From Cyanidioschyzon merolae (lineage: Eukaryota): a stretch of 64,000 nucleotides of DNA. The stretch is from the NCBI GenBank assembly GCA_000091205.1, contig AP006487.2; one strand, written 5' to 3'. Positions 32,222 to 44,567 of the stretch are shown in pieces. The notes beneath the pieces were generated by a model. It did not search any database and was not told where the DNA came from. It saw only the letters and a program-made list of their open reading frames with translations. Made by a program: the position numbers and the translations under genes. Numbering within the stretch: the stretch's first letter is position 1; each line of letters begins with the position of its first letter.

Positions 32222-32746
32222 TTAAGCTTCTGTTTCCGCCGGCTCATCGGCTGACTCCTGTTCGCTCGGCTTGCGAAAGTCCACCATAACCAGGATTTCT
32301 GCGAGGATGATGAGAGCGAAACTTACCCAACTCAGAGCCGCTGGTGTATTCACGTACGAATCGCTGGACCCCACAAGACTCTTGTAGCGTGCCACGCCCA
32401 CGCTCATGACCACTGCGAATGCCAAATACCACAAGATGAAGAAACCGTTCACAACGAGTTCTATATAGAGAATTTCCTTCTCCAGCATAGAGGTAAACAA
32501 GCTCAAGATCAGCGCTATATCGAGGAACAAGTACCCGACAAAGCCGATAACACCAGCCGCTATGCCCCACTGGCAGAAGCTCAAAGAAGTTTCATCGCTG
32601 CTCAGGGCACAAATCTTGATACCGAAGACGGAACGGTATAGCTTTGCTGCAATAACCGCAAAAATCGTCAAACTAAACACCCACACCACAAAATAGAGAA
32701 AACACCTCACCAGCCCCAATGGGCGCGAAGCTGCTTTCGTTGCCAT
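32222..32746 (-). CDS. Four-TM membrane protein, MARVEL-like topology
   Basis: Four hydrophobic helices: LVRCFLYFVVWVFSLTIFAVIAA, GIAAGVIGFVGYLFLDIALILSLF, IELVVNGFFILWYLAFAVVMSVGV, ALSWVSFALIILAEILVMVDF. The C-terminal tail is acidic. ATG verified at 32744-32746 (minus strand). Confidence 0.4.
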   Translation of the reverse strand: MATKAASRPLGLVRCFLYFVVWVFSLTIFAVIAAKLYRSVFGIKICALSSDETSLSFCQWGIAAGVIGFVGYLFLDIALILSLFTSMLEKEILYIELVVNGFFILWYLAFAVVMSVGVARYKSLVGSSDSYVNTPAALSWVSFALIILAEILVMVDFRKPSEQESADEPAETEA

Positions 32747-35423
32747 ATCGTTCTCAGTTTTCCGCTGTTCTCGTATCCACTCGAACGTGCCTGTGTACGA
32801 CGCCGCGTGCACAACGCAAAGATTGTATACGCACGCTGCGTGCATGCTGAGTCATCGACGCTCAGCGCGCGCACGCCTGTCACGTCGAGCAGCGCGGCGG
32901 CGGCGAACACCAGGGCCACGTGGCCGCATGTCTAGGCGAGATGAGGGACGGAGTCGGGGCCGAGGGTTCCTGTGACACGGACACGTCACAGGGGGATGCG
33001 TCACGGCATGGACAGCACCCGACCCGAGATGTTGAGATACCTGATCGGGAGCGCGCGTCGACGTGCCCGCTCGAGCTGCATCGTTCCCGAACAGCATGCT
33101 CGTGATTGCCTACATGAATAGGCAGTGCCGCTGCTGACGTAAAACTGGGCGTTGAGGTCGCCTGCGTCAGGGCGCGCCAGTCGGTGAGTCAGTCAGTGCG
33201 GCGACGACGCTGGCGCTGAGGTCAGCGAGTCGTGCTTTATGGGGATATGGTTAGCGAGGGCCCTTGTACTGCCTTTTTGCGCTGGACGTGTGCGTGGTGT
33301 TCGCTGGGGAAGTATTCCGAGTGCCAGCAGCTGCCGGACGGAGGTATTTGTACGGGTTCAGAAAGAATCTTGAATCTGTGCCAAGCACAAGTTGTGGGTG
33401 CGCGTTTACTGCCTGGGTCCGACGCTTCCTCGGTAGGGACGGTTTTGCTCGTGAGCGATCGGTAGCAGTCTGGAAGCCCGTGAACAGCAGATTCGCGGGA
33501 ACGACTCCCACCGAGGATCGTTCGCGCTCCAGCGAATGGGGATTGTTAAGGAAATCGTTGCCTCTGGCGCCCGAATCATCGGCTTGTGGGCCGTTCTTTT
33601 TTGGTCCAGCGCCTGAATACCGCTGCCTCGCAGTGAAGCGTCACTGGTGTTCCCGTCCCGAGTCGCCACGAAGATATCGTTGTCGACATTGCGTGTCGCA
33701 GACGGCTTGAGCTAGACTCGTACCCGTATCCAATGTTGTACAAGGGAATGCAGCTAGCGCTCTTGCTTCTTTCCGCCAGATTTGGGATACTTGTATGCCG
33801 TGCTTGTCGCTGTTGTGCGGCGGACCGGCCCTCGCCTCATCGACTGCGAATTGCTCGGAAGCTTCCGTAGCCGACATGCGCTTTTGGCTAGCACCGCCGC
33901 ACCTCCAAGCACATGTGTCTGTGCGACCTGGGGGATCCTGCAGAAAAAGCCGCGCAAGCGACAGACGCCACGGAGTCTCATGGCTCAACCCGTGTCTCCG
34001 TTGAAATCGAATATGCATGGGAGGCCCGGATGCACGACCAGTATTCGTGAGGAACGAGCGCGCAAGCGAACGTTTTTATGTTTTCAAATGCTTGCCGCCA
34101 CCTGGTATAGACATGGCAGACTTTCCGTCGGCTGCTATCTACGGGCACGGGCTTAGCGCATCACACGGATGCAAGATGCATTGCTCGCGGCTTGTCCAAC
34201 CGAGACAACGCTTGCGGTTTCCGTTGTACGTGACGTGTCTCTGAACGCTCCCTCCAGTAGTGATTGGTAAACGCTCGCGTCCTCCTAGCGCTTACGATAC
34301 CGACCAGCACACACACCACACCAGGTTAAGGCGAGTTCATGGTTCGCGCATGCCGTCCGGGCGAGCGTGACCTCGTCCGTTTCATTCGTTCCCGCTGCGT
34401 TCCCAAACGAAAGCTGTATCCGCTCGCCGATGTACACGACAAATCCATGGATGCACATGGGACGACTCTGGTCGGAACCGCAAATCTCTCGCGATGGACG
34501 GCAACTTCGGCGACGCCTTTCCGCATCCCGCATGGTTCCATCAACGCCTTGAGAGCCAAGTCCCCGCGCTTTTCGCATTGTATCGGGCACACAGTTACTC
34601 GCCCGCTAGATAACTGGTTTGTTTCATGGATGTTTCGACAATATCGAGAGCCAGTCCTTTTTGTATAGAACATGAATGAAGAACTCGAGACCGATGAGTG
34701 AGAAAATCCCGATCCAGGCACCACGCTTCAGCACATCGATCGTTTCTGGAGTGTACGATGCCGATGAGCCACTCGCGTCACGAGAGCTCGAGCCCTCAGC
34801 GCTCGTTCCAGCTCGCCGGAAGAGCAAGTTTTTCAGGAACGTCGACGCGGAGCGATCGCTCTCGGCGTTACGCTGCTCTGCGGTACTGCGTCGTATGTCG
34901 CCGTCTGGTGGTGCAACGAACGGCAGTGGCGTCCCTAGTCCGGGGCGGACGTTTTGAGTGAGACGGCGCCCTGCCGCGCGATTGCTGCCACGCTTTCCAC
35001 CGCCACCGCCACCTTTTCGGGCGTAAACGTTCCAGCCGTGGGCGCTGGCAGGTGCCGTCTCGCCGACAGCGCCTGTGTGTCGAGTGCGGACGTACCGGTG
35101 CCGGTCGAGCACGCCCTGCCCAATGAACAAGGTCCTCTTGTTTTCTGAATGCATTACACTCCAAAACTGCACCGCAGGTCCCGTTCTTGCGGTTAAACTT
35201 CACGAACACGGCTCGCACAGCACCACGTCAGTTGCGACTCGTCTGGTACGCAACGTTGAAGCGCCAATAGCGTCGCCCACGAGACACACAGGCTTGTTTG
35301 CGCGTGTCTCTGATTGCACCAAACTCGCTTTGCAACGCTCTCCCAAGCTAGGGCACCCCAAAAAGAACCTTTGTCGCAGCACAAACAACCCGGTGCACAC
35401 CAATCATTGACCTCAAGCGGCCA

Positions 35424-35745
35424 GTGCGCAGCCGACTCTCGACCGGCCCCGTCTCAAGCAAAGTCCTGAACAATACCCGTATGTTTTTGATGCGCAATGG
35501 ATCGCGTGCCAATCCGCTAGCATTGACCAAAAGACCAGATTCCACGTTGAAAGAACGATGCCGCTCGCCGACGCCCTCTGTAGTGCGGCAAACCGGGTCT
35601 GTCTCCATACCGCATTCGCACCAGCGTCATGGGCGCTATCGCGGACGATCAGGGCAGGCACTCGGCGCACGATAGAACCTACGGAACGACCGGGACATCC
35701 GAACGGAAGTACAATTCATGGAACGTGAATGTAGGGTGCACGATG
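35424..35745 (+). mobile_element. 3' fragment (d) of repeat family F: degenerate TnpB-like C-terminal remnant plus module X
   Basis: NNTRMFLMRNGSRANPLALTKRP aligns with KRMEFVNRDLNSAIKIRP. The segment SPTPSVVRQTGSVSIPHSHQRHGRYRGRSGQALGAR and nucleotides 35570-35745 (cgacgccctctgtagtgcggca...gcactcggcgcacgatagaacctacggaacgacc) are homologous to module X at 10440-10620. Confidence 0.4.
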
Positions 35746-35765
35746 ATGATGATGATGATGACGAC
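35742..35765. repeat. (GAT)6-(GAC)2 trinucleotide microsatellite
   Basis: gatgatgatgatgatgatgacgac lies immediately after the X fragment. Confidence 0.9.
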
Positions 35766-36174
35766 CAACACTGTCCCGATGGGCAATACGCATCCCGGAA
35801 ACTAGGATCCATGGTCCATGGAAACGTTCCGTGTCCATCAGGGAAATCGCCTTGCTCCGCCAGCGTGATCATCAATGTCCATACTATTCCAATAAAGTTC
35901 CATATGATGCTGCCTGCCCATGCGCATCGATGTCGCCAATTGCGATCCCGGCCTGCGCCGGCCTCGACGCCCGCCAGCCTGTGTCCTATCATCGATTCAG
36001 CGTCGGGCGCAGCGGGACTCCTGCGATCATCGGCTGGCGCGTTCGTCCACGTGTGCCTAGCGTACGCCACTGGCAGAGCGTCCGGGAACGTTCACGTGTT
36101 TTCCTGGGGCGCAGGTCAGTTGACTCTAGTTTGCGTGTGTAAGCGAAGCCTCAATACATTGTATCCTCTGTTTC

Positions 36175-38145
36175 ATGTCCTTAAACAAGGAGTTGCGCAG
36201 CATCAAAAAGGCTGGCTCCCAGGAGACCTCGACTGAATCTGCGGTCTACGTGTGCGGGTACTCGATGGAGCCCATCTTGAGGCGCCCCTTCCCCGACGAG
36301 AACGTTCCACTGCACACGCTCTACGACATGTTCCTACGTGGTTGTCGGAAAAGCGGGGACGCTGCGCACTGTCTAGGGTATAGAAATAAGCAGCGGTCTG
36401 GGAACTACGACTGGTTGACCTATGGGCAAGTTCGAGAGCAGGCGGTTGCCGTAGGTGACGCGCTCGTGCGCGAGCTCCGTCTCCAGCGTGGTGACCGCGT
36501 CGGGATCTACGCGAAGAACTGCAAAGAATGGATGATCGTGCTTTTGGCTTGCTCAAGTCGGGGTTTGGTTCCAGTTCCCGTCTATGATAGTTTAGGCGCC
36601 AACTCAGCCGCTTATGTTATTGAGCATTCTGGTATGCAGGTGCTGTTCACCTCGGAGGAGAACCTCGAGCGGGCACGCAGTGCCGTCGGTTCTCGTGAGG
36701 TGCAGCTGATTGTGCTGGACGCTTACAAGCCTATGGATTCTTTGATGACGTTCCAGGACTTGCTCGAGAAGGGAAGTGCCGAGCATGCTCCGCCTGATTC
36801 AACTGAGAGCGACGATGATGAACTGATGGTTATCATGTACACCAGCGGCACGACAGGAACGCCGAAGGGCGTGATGCTCAAGAACGAAGCGTTGCTGGCG
36901 GAGGTCGCCGCACTGCAGCGGGCGACCGATGCCTTCCAGATCCCGATCGGCCCTGGTGATGTGCTGTTGTCGTATTTGCCACTTGCCCATATTTTCGCTC
37001 AGGCAGCGGAGACTCTTTGGCTCGTATCGGGTGCATCGATCGCGTATTATGGGGGTGATGTGAAGCATCTCGTCGAAGATATTATGGACGTGAAGCCGAC
37101 GGTATTTATCGGAGTTCCCAGAGTTTTCGCTCGATTCTACGAGCAAGTCCAAAGTACGATAGCGGAACGTGGCTTGGTCGCGCGAACGCTCTTTCGCATA
37201 GCGTATTCGATGCAGTCGGCGAACGTTCGCGCGGGAACGCGCAGTCGGATTTGGGACCGCTTACTTTTCGAAAAGATACGCGAGAGACTATTTCCACGTG
37301 TTCGATTCTTTTTCTCGGGTGCAGCTCCGCTTGCTGAGCATTTGAATATCTTCATGCGGACGGTGTTCTGTGCGCCAATGCTCCAGGGCTACGGCATGAC
37401 GGAGACGACTGCAGGCGCGTTTGTGGGCTCGCCGACCGACCGACCCGATAGTGTGGGTGGCGTCATGGCTTGCTTTGAATTCAAGCTCGTTGACGTACCC
37501 GAAATGAAGTACACACATCGTGACAAGCCCTGTCCACGCGGGGAACTGTGGCTCAAGGGGCCAGCCCTCACATGTGGCTACTACAAGAATGAGCAAGCCA
37601 CCAAGGAGGCGTTCCCCAATGATGACGGCTGGATGGCCACTGGTGATATCGGTCGCCTTAATCGCGACGGAACGCTTTCAATTATCGATCGCAAGAAGAA
37701 CATTTTCAAGTTAGCGCAAGGTGAATACGTGGCCGTTGAAGCGCTCGAGTCCGAGTATCAAAAAGCGAAAGGTATTGGACAAATCTGGGTATATGGGAAC
37801 TCTATGAAAAGCTCACTCGTGGCGGTGGTGGTTCCCGACCCCGGCTACCTGCGTCGACAGGGCCTCATTGCGGAGACCGGGCAGCTGACCCAGCTCTCGC
37901 CATCTACACGGGAGAAAATCAAGCAACAGCTTTTGAAAGAACTGCAGGCCCAGGCCAAAGCATCAAATCTCAAGGGCTACGAGTACGTGAAAGCGATCCA
38001 CCTGGAGACGGATTTGAATGATCTCAATCAAGGATTTACGATTGAAAACGACTGCCTCACACCCACGATGAAGTTGAAGCGCCCCCAACTGTTGGAACGT
38101 TATCGTAAGACGATTGACCAGCTTTACAAACAACTCGGGGAATGA
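36175..38145 (+). CDS. Long-chain acyl-CoA synthetase (fatty acid-CoA ligase)
   Basis: AMP-binding signature MYTSGTTGTPKGV. Other motifs: LPLAHIFAQA, YGMTETT, GWMATGDIGRLNRDGTLSIIDRKKNIFKLAQGEYV. The length (656 aa) and N-terminus are typical of LACS. ATG verified at 36175. Confidence 0.8.
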   Translation: MSLNKELRSIKKAGSQETSTESAVYVCGYSMEPILRRPFPDENVPLHTLYDMFLRGCRKSGDAAHCLGYRNKQRSGNYDWLTYGQVREQAVAVGDALVRELRLQRGDRVGIYAKNCKEWMIVLLACSSRGLVPVPVYDSLGANSAAYVIEHSGMQVLFTSEENLERARSAVGSREVQLIVLDAYKPMDSLMTFQDLLEKGSAEHAPPDSTESDDDELMVIMYTSGTTGTPKGVMLKNEALLAEVAALQRATDAFQIPIGPGDVLLSYLPLAHIFAQAAETLWLVSGASIAYYGGDVKHLVEDIMDVKPTVFIGVPRVFARFYEQVQSTIAERGLVARTLFRIAYSMQSANVRAGTRSRIWDRLLFEKIRERLFPRVRFFFSGAAPLAEHLNIFMRTVFCAPMLQGYGMTETTAGAFVGSPTDRPDSVGGVMACFEFKLVDVPEMKYTHRDKPCPRGELWLKGPALTCGYYKNEQATKEAFPNDDGWMATGDIGRLNRDGTLSIIDRKKNIFKLAQGEYVAVEALESEYQKAKGIGQIWVYGNSMKSSLVAVVVPDPGYLRRQGLIAETGQLTQLSPSTREKIKQQLLKELQAQAKASNLKGYEYVKAIHLETDLNDLNQGFTIENDCLTPTMKLKRPQLLERYRKTIDQLYKQLGE

Positions 38146-41100
38146 GCGAAGACCGGATACGCCTCGCGCGTGATGCCCACTGCAATGAACGCTGGAAAAT
38201 CTGTACCTGGACGATGTTTTTGTTTTTCTTCGTTTGTCTCGCAGATGTTCCATAACACGAGGTTTGTATCCTATCGATTGGTGAAAGGTGGCGGTAATTC
38301 GCTATCTCATAACTTGTTGCTTGCGAAGAACGGCCTCAATTGAACAAGTCCATTGTTCTACAATCAGCAGGAGGACACCTTGCTCTGCTCCGAGTGCGTG
38401 TCCTGGGCATTGTCGTGCACCCAAAACAGAGCTTGTCGAACGCTATCTCCACAACCGCCTGTTCGTCCATGCTCTCCTCTCTAAGCGTGTTCCAGGGAAC
38501 ACGAAGAACACAACCCACAGGAGATGAGTTCTCTGCTCCACTAGAGAGAACGGCGATGCAGAGACACGAATGAACGAAGAAGAAAGCGCGCTTGTACGCT
38601 GGACAAGTCGTGCACTGAACAACGCATGACCGAATTCGCAGTGAATCGTGGATACGTATAACAGGGGGCACGGGTGCATTCGTTTCACTCGAGGGCAGGT
38701 GATTCGGGAGAAATCATAGTACTACGTATGGGTACGCTTTTGATACCCGTATACCGTAATTCGTAAAGAGTTGACAATGGAGAATGGCGACAACAACAGC
38801 CGCCCGAGCTACGATGCTGTCGTGCGGTCGCAAGTACATCGCTGAGCGAACAGGAGCGTCCATTTGCTCATCGTTCGTCGAATCACGCCTTGTGGCATCT
38901 GCTTCTCGCATGCTTCTGAACCGCGCCTAGACAACGTCGGTTTCTATCATTCAAAAGCGGCGAAAGCGTAAGCGATGAATCTTGGTATTGGGTTGCGCTT
39001 CGGGTTCGTCTGTTCTCCCAGGTTCGATTGACTCGAGGGCGTCCTCTCTCGAATCAAACGCCAAATTTACGCTGACAGATCAGGTGACGAGATGCTCGCT
39101 TCTGTAATCCACACGTTCTTCGACACATCGTTTTCGATATGTACCAGTCCGGATCTGCTGTGTTGACTCTCTGCTTGTGCGATACCGGGAGCGACAAGGT
39201 ATGCTTCTGCCTGGGGGTTTTCTCGCATCGGGGAAAGTGACGAAAAACTGTTTGAGAATTCGTCGATACATACTTAAAGCATGCGGTTCGCGCTATCCCC
39301 GTCTACCCAGTGTAAATACAAGTGTGTGCACGTCTGTGGATCTCGGAGAAACAAACGAATGTGGCGTACCATCACCACATCCAAGCCGCACAGCCAAACA
39401 GCGGAGAACAAGACGGAACTGCACGGCAATGAAGAGCAAGATGCTCCCGACGGGCGGACGTGTAGGGCCAGGAGCGAAAGAGGCATCTGGAGCGGACACA
39501 TCTCTCTGAAACCGTTGCCAAGGCCTCCATCCTTGAGCAAATCGACAAGCCGAGTCTTGCGTAAAGTGAGATGCTGGATACCAATGGGGATCGCTTGGTT
39601 TCCTACACGAGGACGGCTCGCCGCTTTCCCCTCGCGCTGACACACCTCGTGAAGCATCTCTTCACACAAGTGCCGAACGCTATGCCACCAGCTGTCCACG
39701 TTTCTTCGGTACTCTTTCGATGAAATCATCGTCCGACAACAAGGGTCATGTCCGGGATAGACGGCACAGTGCTGTCTGATTGTAGGATCAGGGATTTGCA
39801 CATCCGCTTCTCAGCGTACTTTGGCGTGTCGCCGCTACCCGTCGGCGATCGGAGCAACTACAGCGTATATCGAAAAAGCATCAAAAAACGTCGAAAACCA
39901 ATACCCTAGACGGGTCAATGTCGAGCGCTTCCTGAATCGTCCTCTGGAGGTCTAGTATCCGAACTTCCTTGGCCGGCAAAAGCGCGGATTTATAGAAGGG
40001 ATGCATCGCTTTCGAGTGCCGATCAACGTCCAGATGACTCTCGCGGACAACTTATGGCAGGAGTCCACGGGATTGCGTTGAAATCGCCACCGGTTACATC
40101 CGTACGCAGCCCAGAATCGTGCATGAGCCAACTCGCTCAAAGCGAAGGAAAAAGGTAAATCAATCGAACGTCGTGCGATTTCCTGGTAACCGCTGGCGGT
40201 GACCCCGCTGGTTCATGCAAACGCTGCACACCTGCTCCTTTGAGTGAAGCGTACACGCGATGCAGAAATTGATTCTATACGATTTCCGTTGATGCGTTCA
40301 GGATGCTATTGTCGCATCACGAGCACGGGTGTATGCTGAAACGTGAAGAGAAGAAGAGCGCGAAACGAATCCCTATCCACTAGATGCTGGGCGTGAAGCT
40401 GACCGCCGACCTTCAGATGACGAGTATATCAAAAGTCAGATGCTCGTCATGGTGTGCTGCTACCAGCAACCACGCACTCGCAAGCACTCTCTGCACAGAG
40501 ACCTGAGAACGTCTCGATGCACATTCGGAAATGTCTTGTGCTGCCTAATCCGCCATCGGCCTCGTGTCGGGGCGAACGTTCACGGGCATCGGTCAGGACT
40601 CGGTATGCGCATTGCGTTGAAACACGGACTACTTACGATGAAAAAATCAGTGGTCAATGGAGCATAACTGGATGCTCGCTTGGAGCCACGCATTGATGCG
40701 GTACCGTTCAGCAATCCAGTGTGCCTCGAGCACCGTATCCATGCACGTCGAACGACCTTTCCGGACGAGCGTTGAACGATGATACCAGTTCATTCTTCGA
40801 TATCGCTGGATTCCTGACTCCAAGACCTTAACTGGAAATCGGGTGCTTCGTGTCGTCGACCAAGGGATCGGCTCGTTAGCCATTTCGCCTTGGCGCTCCC
40901 GGCACGCTTCAGCGAGTCCAGAGACGGGGCAACGCGAACCGGATGTCTCGCAGAGTAGCTGCGATTATTGGCGCGTCCCATTTCAAGTGCATGATGCTCC
41001 AACTTTCATAATACGCTGTGACGGACACATCGATGCAGCCGATTACCAACGGATTCGTAGACCTGTTGATGACGATTTTGATGAAGCATACTCCGCATGG

Positions 41101-41654
41101 ACACAGATGCGCGGGTCCTGTCTGTCATACGACCTGGTACCTGGCCCGGAACACTTCATACTCAATTGTATGCGCAGCCATCTCGTCTCCAGGTCGGATG
41201 CAATTCATTTACCCCGTTCTAGCATCCAGCACCGCAACCACGGAACTTTATGCCGAGTGGATTGTGAATACGATGCCAGAGTGCTTCGCACCCTGGGCGT
41301 TGCTCGGACATGCGCGTGACGAAAGCATCACACGATACGCGAAACGCATCCAGTCTGTGCCATTCGACACAAGGACGATAGCCGGTTCGCCACTGAAGCA
41401 CCTCCTCGTATCTGCAGTGCGCGCTGACGCACATCGTTTGTATGCATTGCACAACCCGGAACTTGCCTCCGGCGGTGCATGAAGCGGCAGCGGCCGTCCG
41501 CAGGAATCCCATGGCAATGGCGACGTCGGGGAGGCCCAGAGTCCTCCCAGCGCCTGTTCTGGACACTGAGTAAACGCTCCTTGCTTGCATGCTTGCTTGC
41601 GGGCGTTTCGTTTGCCCTCGGTCCGCAGTCACCTTTCCGATACACCACGCGTCT

Positions 41655-42857
41655 CTAAGTCTTTTTCTTGACGCCTTGGCTCGTGACGTTGAATTTGACC
41701 AACAAAATATCTCCATCCAGTACCTCGTACGTCTTGCCCTGTTGCCGATACTTGCCAGTTGCCTTTAAAGCACTCTCAGAGCCAGCATCTCGAAGATCAT
41801 CATAGTGCATCACTTCAGCGCAAATGAAACCTCGTTCAAAGTCGGAATGAATCGTTCCAGCAGCCTGAGGAGCGAGTGTCCCTCGTCGGATTGTCCAGGA
41901 GCGTACCTCGTCAGCTCCAACGGTGAAAAAGTTGATCAGATTCAGAGCCTGGTATCCGCCGCGGATGATTTTCGGCAATGCCGATTGGGTCTCGTGCTGC
42001 GCTAGGTAGGCATCGACGGCCTGCTTGCCTTCGTTGAGCTCCAAATCCACCAGACGCGCCTCGAGTGAGGCACTGAATGGAATGACGGGTTCGTCGCCGG
42101 CATATTCCTTGATGGCGCGCAACCATTTGTTCTTCTTTCGAATGTAATCGTGCTCACTCAGGTTGACCAGGTACACAACGGGTTTGGCGGTGAGGAACAG
42201 ATGCCGGTTGAGCACGTCGATTTCGGCGTTGCTCCAGTGTCCGTGTCGCACTGCCTGTTCCTGTTTCTCGAGGAGCTCGATGACTTTGTGCAGCGTTTCC
42301 TCTTCGATACGAAGTTCCTTGGGTGCCTGTTGCCCAGCGCGCGTGAGACGCGCTTGTACGTCCGTAAGTAAGCGTTTTGCGCGTTCCAGGTCCTTGAAGC
42401 GGAGCTCGTCGGCCACGATGCGGAGATCTCTCACAGGATCGATCGCACCTTCGACATGAATAACCTCATCATCGTCGAAGGCACGGCATACATGGTAGAT
42501 GCCGTCGACGGCCTGGATATTGGACAGGAAGGCGTTGCCGAGGCCCTGGCCCTCGTGGGCCCCACGCACCAGCCCAGCGATATCCCAAACCTCTAAAAAG
42601 GCCGGAACGCGACTCGTGGGTCGATAGAGCTCACAGAGCCAATCGTAGCGCTCGTCTGGGAGCGGTACTCGAGCCTCGTTTGGTTCGATTGTGCAAAACG
42701 GATAGTTTTCCGCAGCAACGTTCAGTTTAGAGAGCGTGTTGAAGAACGTCGACTTTCCCACGTTTGGCAAGCCGACGATGCCCATCTTCAGGTTGTGGGA
42801 GAATCGACCAAGAATAGGCCGTCTTTCCCCTTCATCTGTCCTTTTCTTGGGTGCCAT
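41655..42857 (-). CDS. OLA1: Obg-like ATPase 1 (OLA1/YchF)
   Basis: MAPKKRTDEG..KMGIVGLPNVGKSTFFN is the P-loop. The TGS/YchF C-terminal region and a 400-aa length fit OLA1. The ORF-track start at 42884 is GTG; ATG was verified at 42855-42857. Confidence 0.8.
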   Translation of the reverse strand: MAPKKRTDEGERRPILGRFSHNLKMGIVGLPNVGKSTFFNTLSKLNVAAENYPFCTIEPNEARVPLPDERYDWLCELYRPTSRVPAFLEVWDIAGLVRGAHEGQGLGNAFLSNIQAVDGIYHVCRAFDDDEVIHVEGAIDPVRDLRIVADELRFKDLERAKRLLTDVQARLTRAGQQAPKELRIEEETLHKVIELLEKQEQAVRHGHWSNAEIDVLNRHLFLTAKPVVYLVNLSEHDYIRKKNKWLRAIKEYAGDEPVIPFSASLEARLVDLELNEGKQAVDAYLAQHETQSALPKIIRGGYQALNLINFFTVGADEVRSWTIRRGTLAPQAAGTIHSDFERGFICAEVMHYDDLRDAGSESALKATGKYRQQGKTYEVLDGDILLVKFNVTSQGVKKKT

Positions 42858-43447
42858 TTCCGAGACTCGAACTGCCGTTGGCACACCAGTTTGTGTGCTT
42901 ATTTAGGGGAAAGGTTGCGAGGTGCACGGCGCTGTACCTGCACCAATGCCACTCGTTCGAATAAGGCAGGGCGTCGTTGCGTCTGCGAAAGCACCGCATC
43001 ACGAAATGCGGGGGGGATGTTATCAACTCGCGTGGCGAGGCTCAGGCATCGAACTGAGTTTTCTGGGACGCAAGGCTGATTCCGGCTACCAGAGTAGGAA
43101 GCTCGCCTCTTCAGTGGCGAATGGCTCGTGCGGGCGCTAGCGTCCAACTTCGTTGCAGCACAGGGCGTCCGTGGGAAGTTAAGAAGCGCGCTGGTGGCTG
43201 CTCTGCGAGTTCCGCTACCCCCAGCTTGGCGCAAAGTGCGTCAACGTCGAAGGTGTCCAGCGGACCTTGTCAAGGATATTCTTGTCGCTGCGGAGCGATG
43301 CAAGAACTGCAGGGTGTTTAGCTCTGTTCGTCGACGTACGACGCTGCTGTTTCCACGAGCGCTCGCACAGGTGGCAGCTCTGTTGGCAGCAGCTGGCCCA
43401 GCTTCTATGCCCACGGCAGACTACGCTGGACCGGAACATCTACTCGC

Positions 43448-44567
43448 GCGTATATCTTAAAGTTTGGGTCTCTTATGATTGTCCTTATCGAGACCAGCCT
43501 TTGAGGGCATTTTATGCGATTGTATCCTTTCTGGTGCTCTTATCTCCGGTTTCAATACGCCGGACGCTTCTTTCCCTGCAGCTCCGTTGCAGACCGTCGA
43601 AGCCTGTGGGGTGCAGCAGGAACGTCCTTATTTCGCTCTGCATGGCTATTGTCGATGCGGTTCGTGTACGGGTGGAAGCTGCGCCTTGCGGTTCGTTTGC
43701 AACATGATCCTCTTCCTAAACAGCTTCCGCGTGTTCTTCGCAGCGTTTGCTTGTAGCAGATCTCGAGTTTTATAATGTGACCATTCGTATCTCCTCCATA
43801 CAGTGCACTGCGACGCCTAGAGGCTTGCTTTGCTGGCCTGTACGTGCCCTTGACGTGCTCGGGAGACGTCGCTCGATACCCTCCTCCGTTTCCGCGCCCG
43901 GTGCCGTACTCGCCGTTCACGAGCATCGTCTAGGAGGTTCCCTCGACGAGGGCGCTGTCAGCTGCATGTGCAAGCGCGCACTGCTGCCTTCAGAGGAGGT
44001 TTTTCGGAACGCGATGTTCGCTGTGATGAAATACGTACGTGAAGAGAAAGTCAGGCTTGAGAAGAAGCTGAGAGATCTCGATCCGTGTACATCCCTGACC
44101 CGCGCAGAGCGGTACCGTACTCTGCACTACAAGCGATACCTGCGATGATGCAGTTGCAAACGCATGACCCGTTTTGGTGCAAATAGGAGACACGGGAGCC
44201 TCCGGGAGCATACCCCATGAGAGGTATCAAGCTGCTGTCGAGTGCTGCTTCGTCGATTGCCTCAAACATAGGATTGCTTGTCTTTCGATGTAAATAAGAT
44301 GTTTCGTGTGAGGGATTCAGTTCTGTCTCGAAAAGGGCCGCAGATCGTGCCGCCAATTGGCATCATCGAGCCTGTTTTGCCCGTCATTGCACCAGCACGA
44401 ATAGCAGTGTCCATGAGCTCCCTCGGAGCGGAAACTTCAAAAACTTGAAGCATGCGTGATTCGCGCAAGCTCTGTATGAGGAAACGAGGCGTATGGTTGA
44501 CTGTACGTAGGAATTGTCGGGATGGTATCGACAATGTAAGAAACCTCTGTTTGCGGGCGTAACGAAT
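43448..44567. repeat. 1.1-kb dispersed direct repeat R, copy A (near-identical to 54738-55856)
   Basis: It aligns base-for-base with copy B with a few mismatches over ~1.12 kb. The embedded ORFs (43747-44148, 44262-44720) are duplicated and unrecognised. Confidence 0.9.
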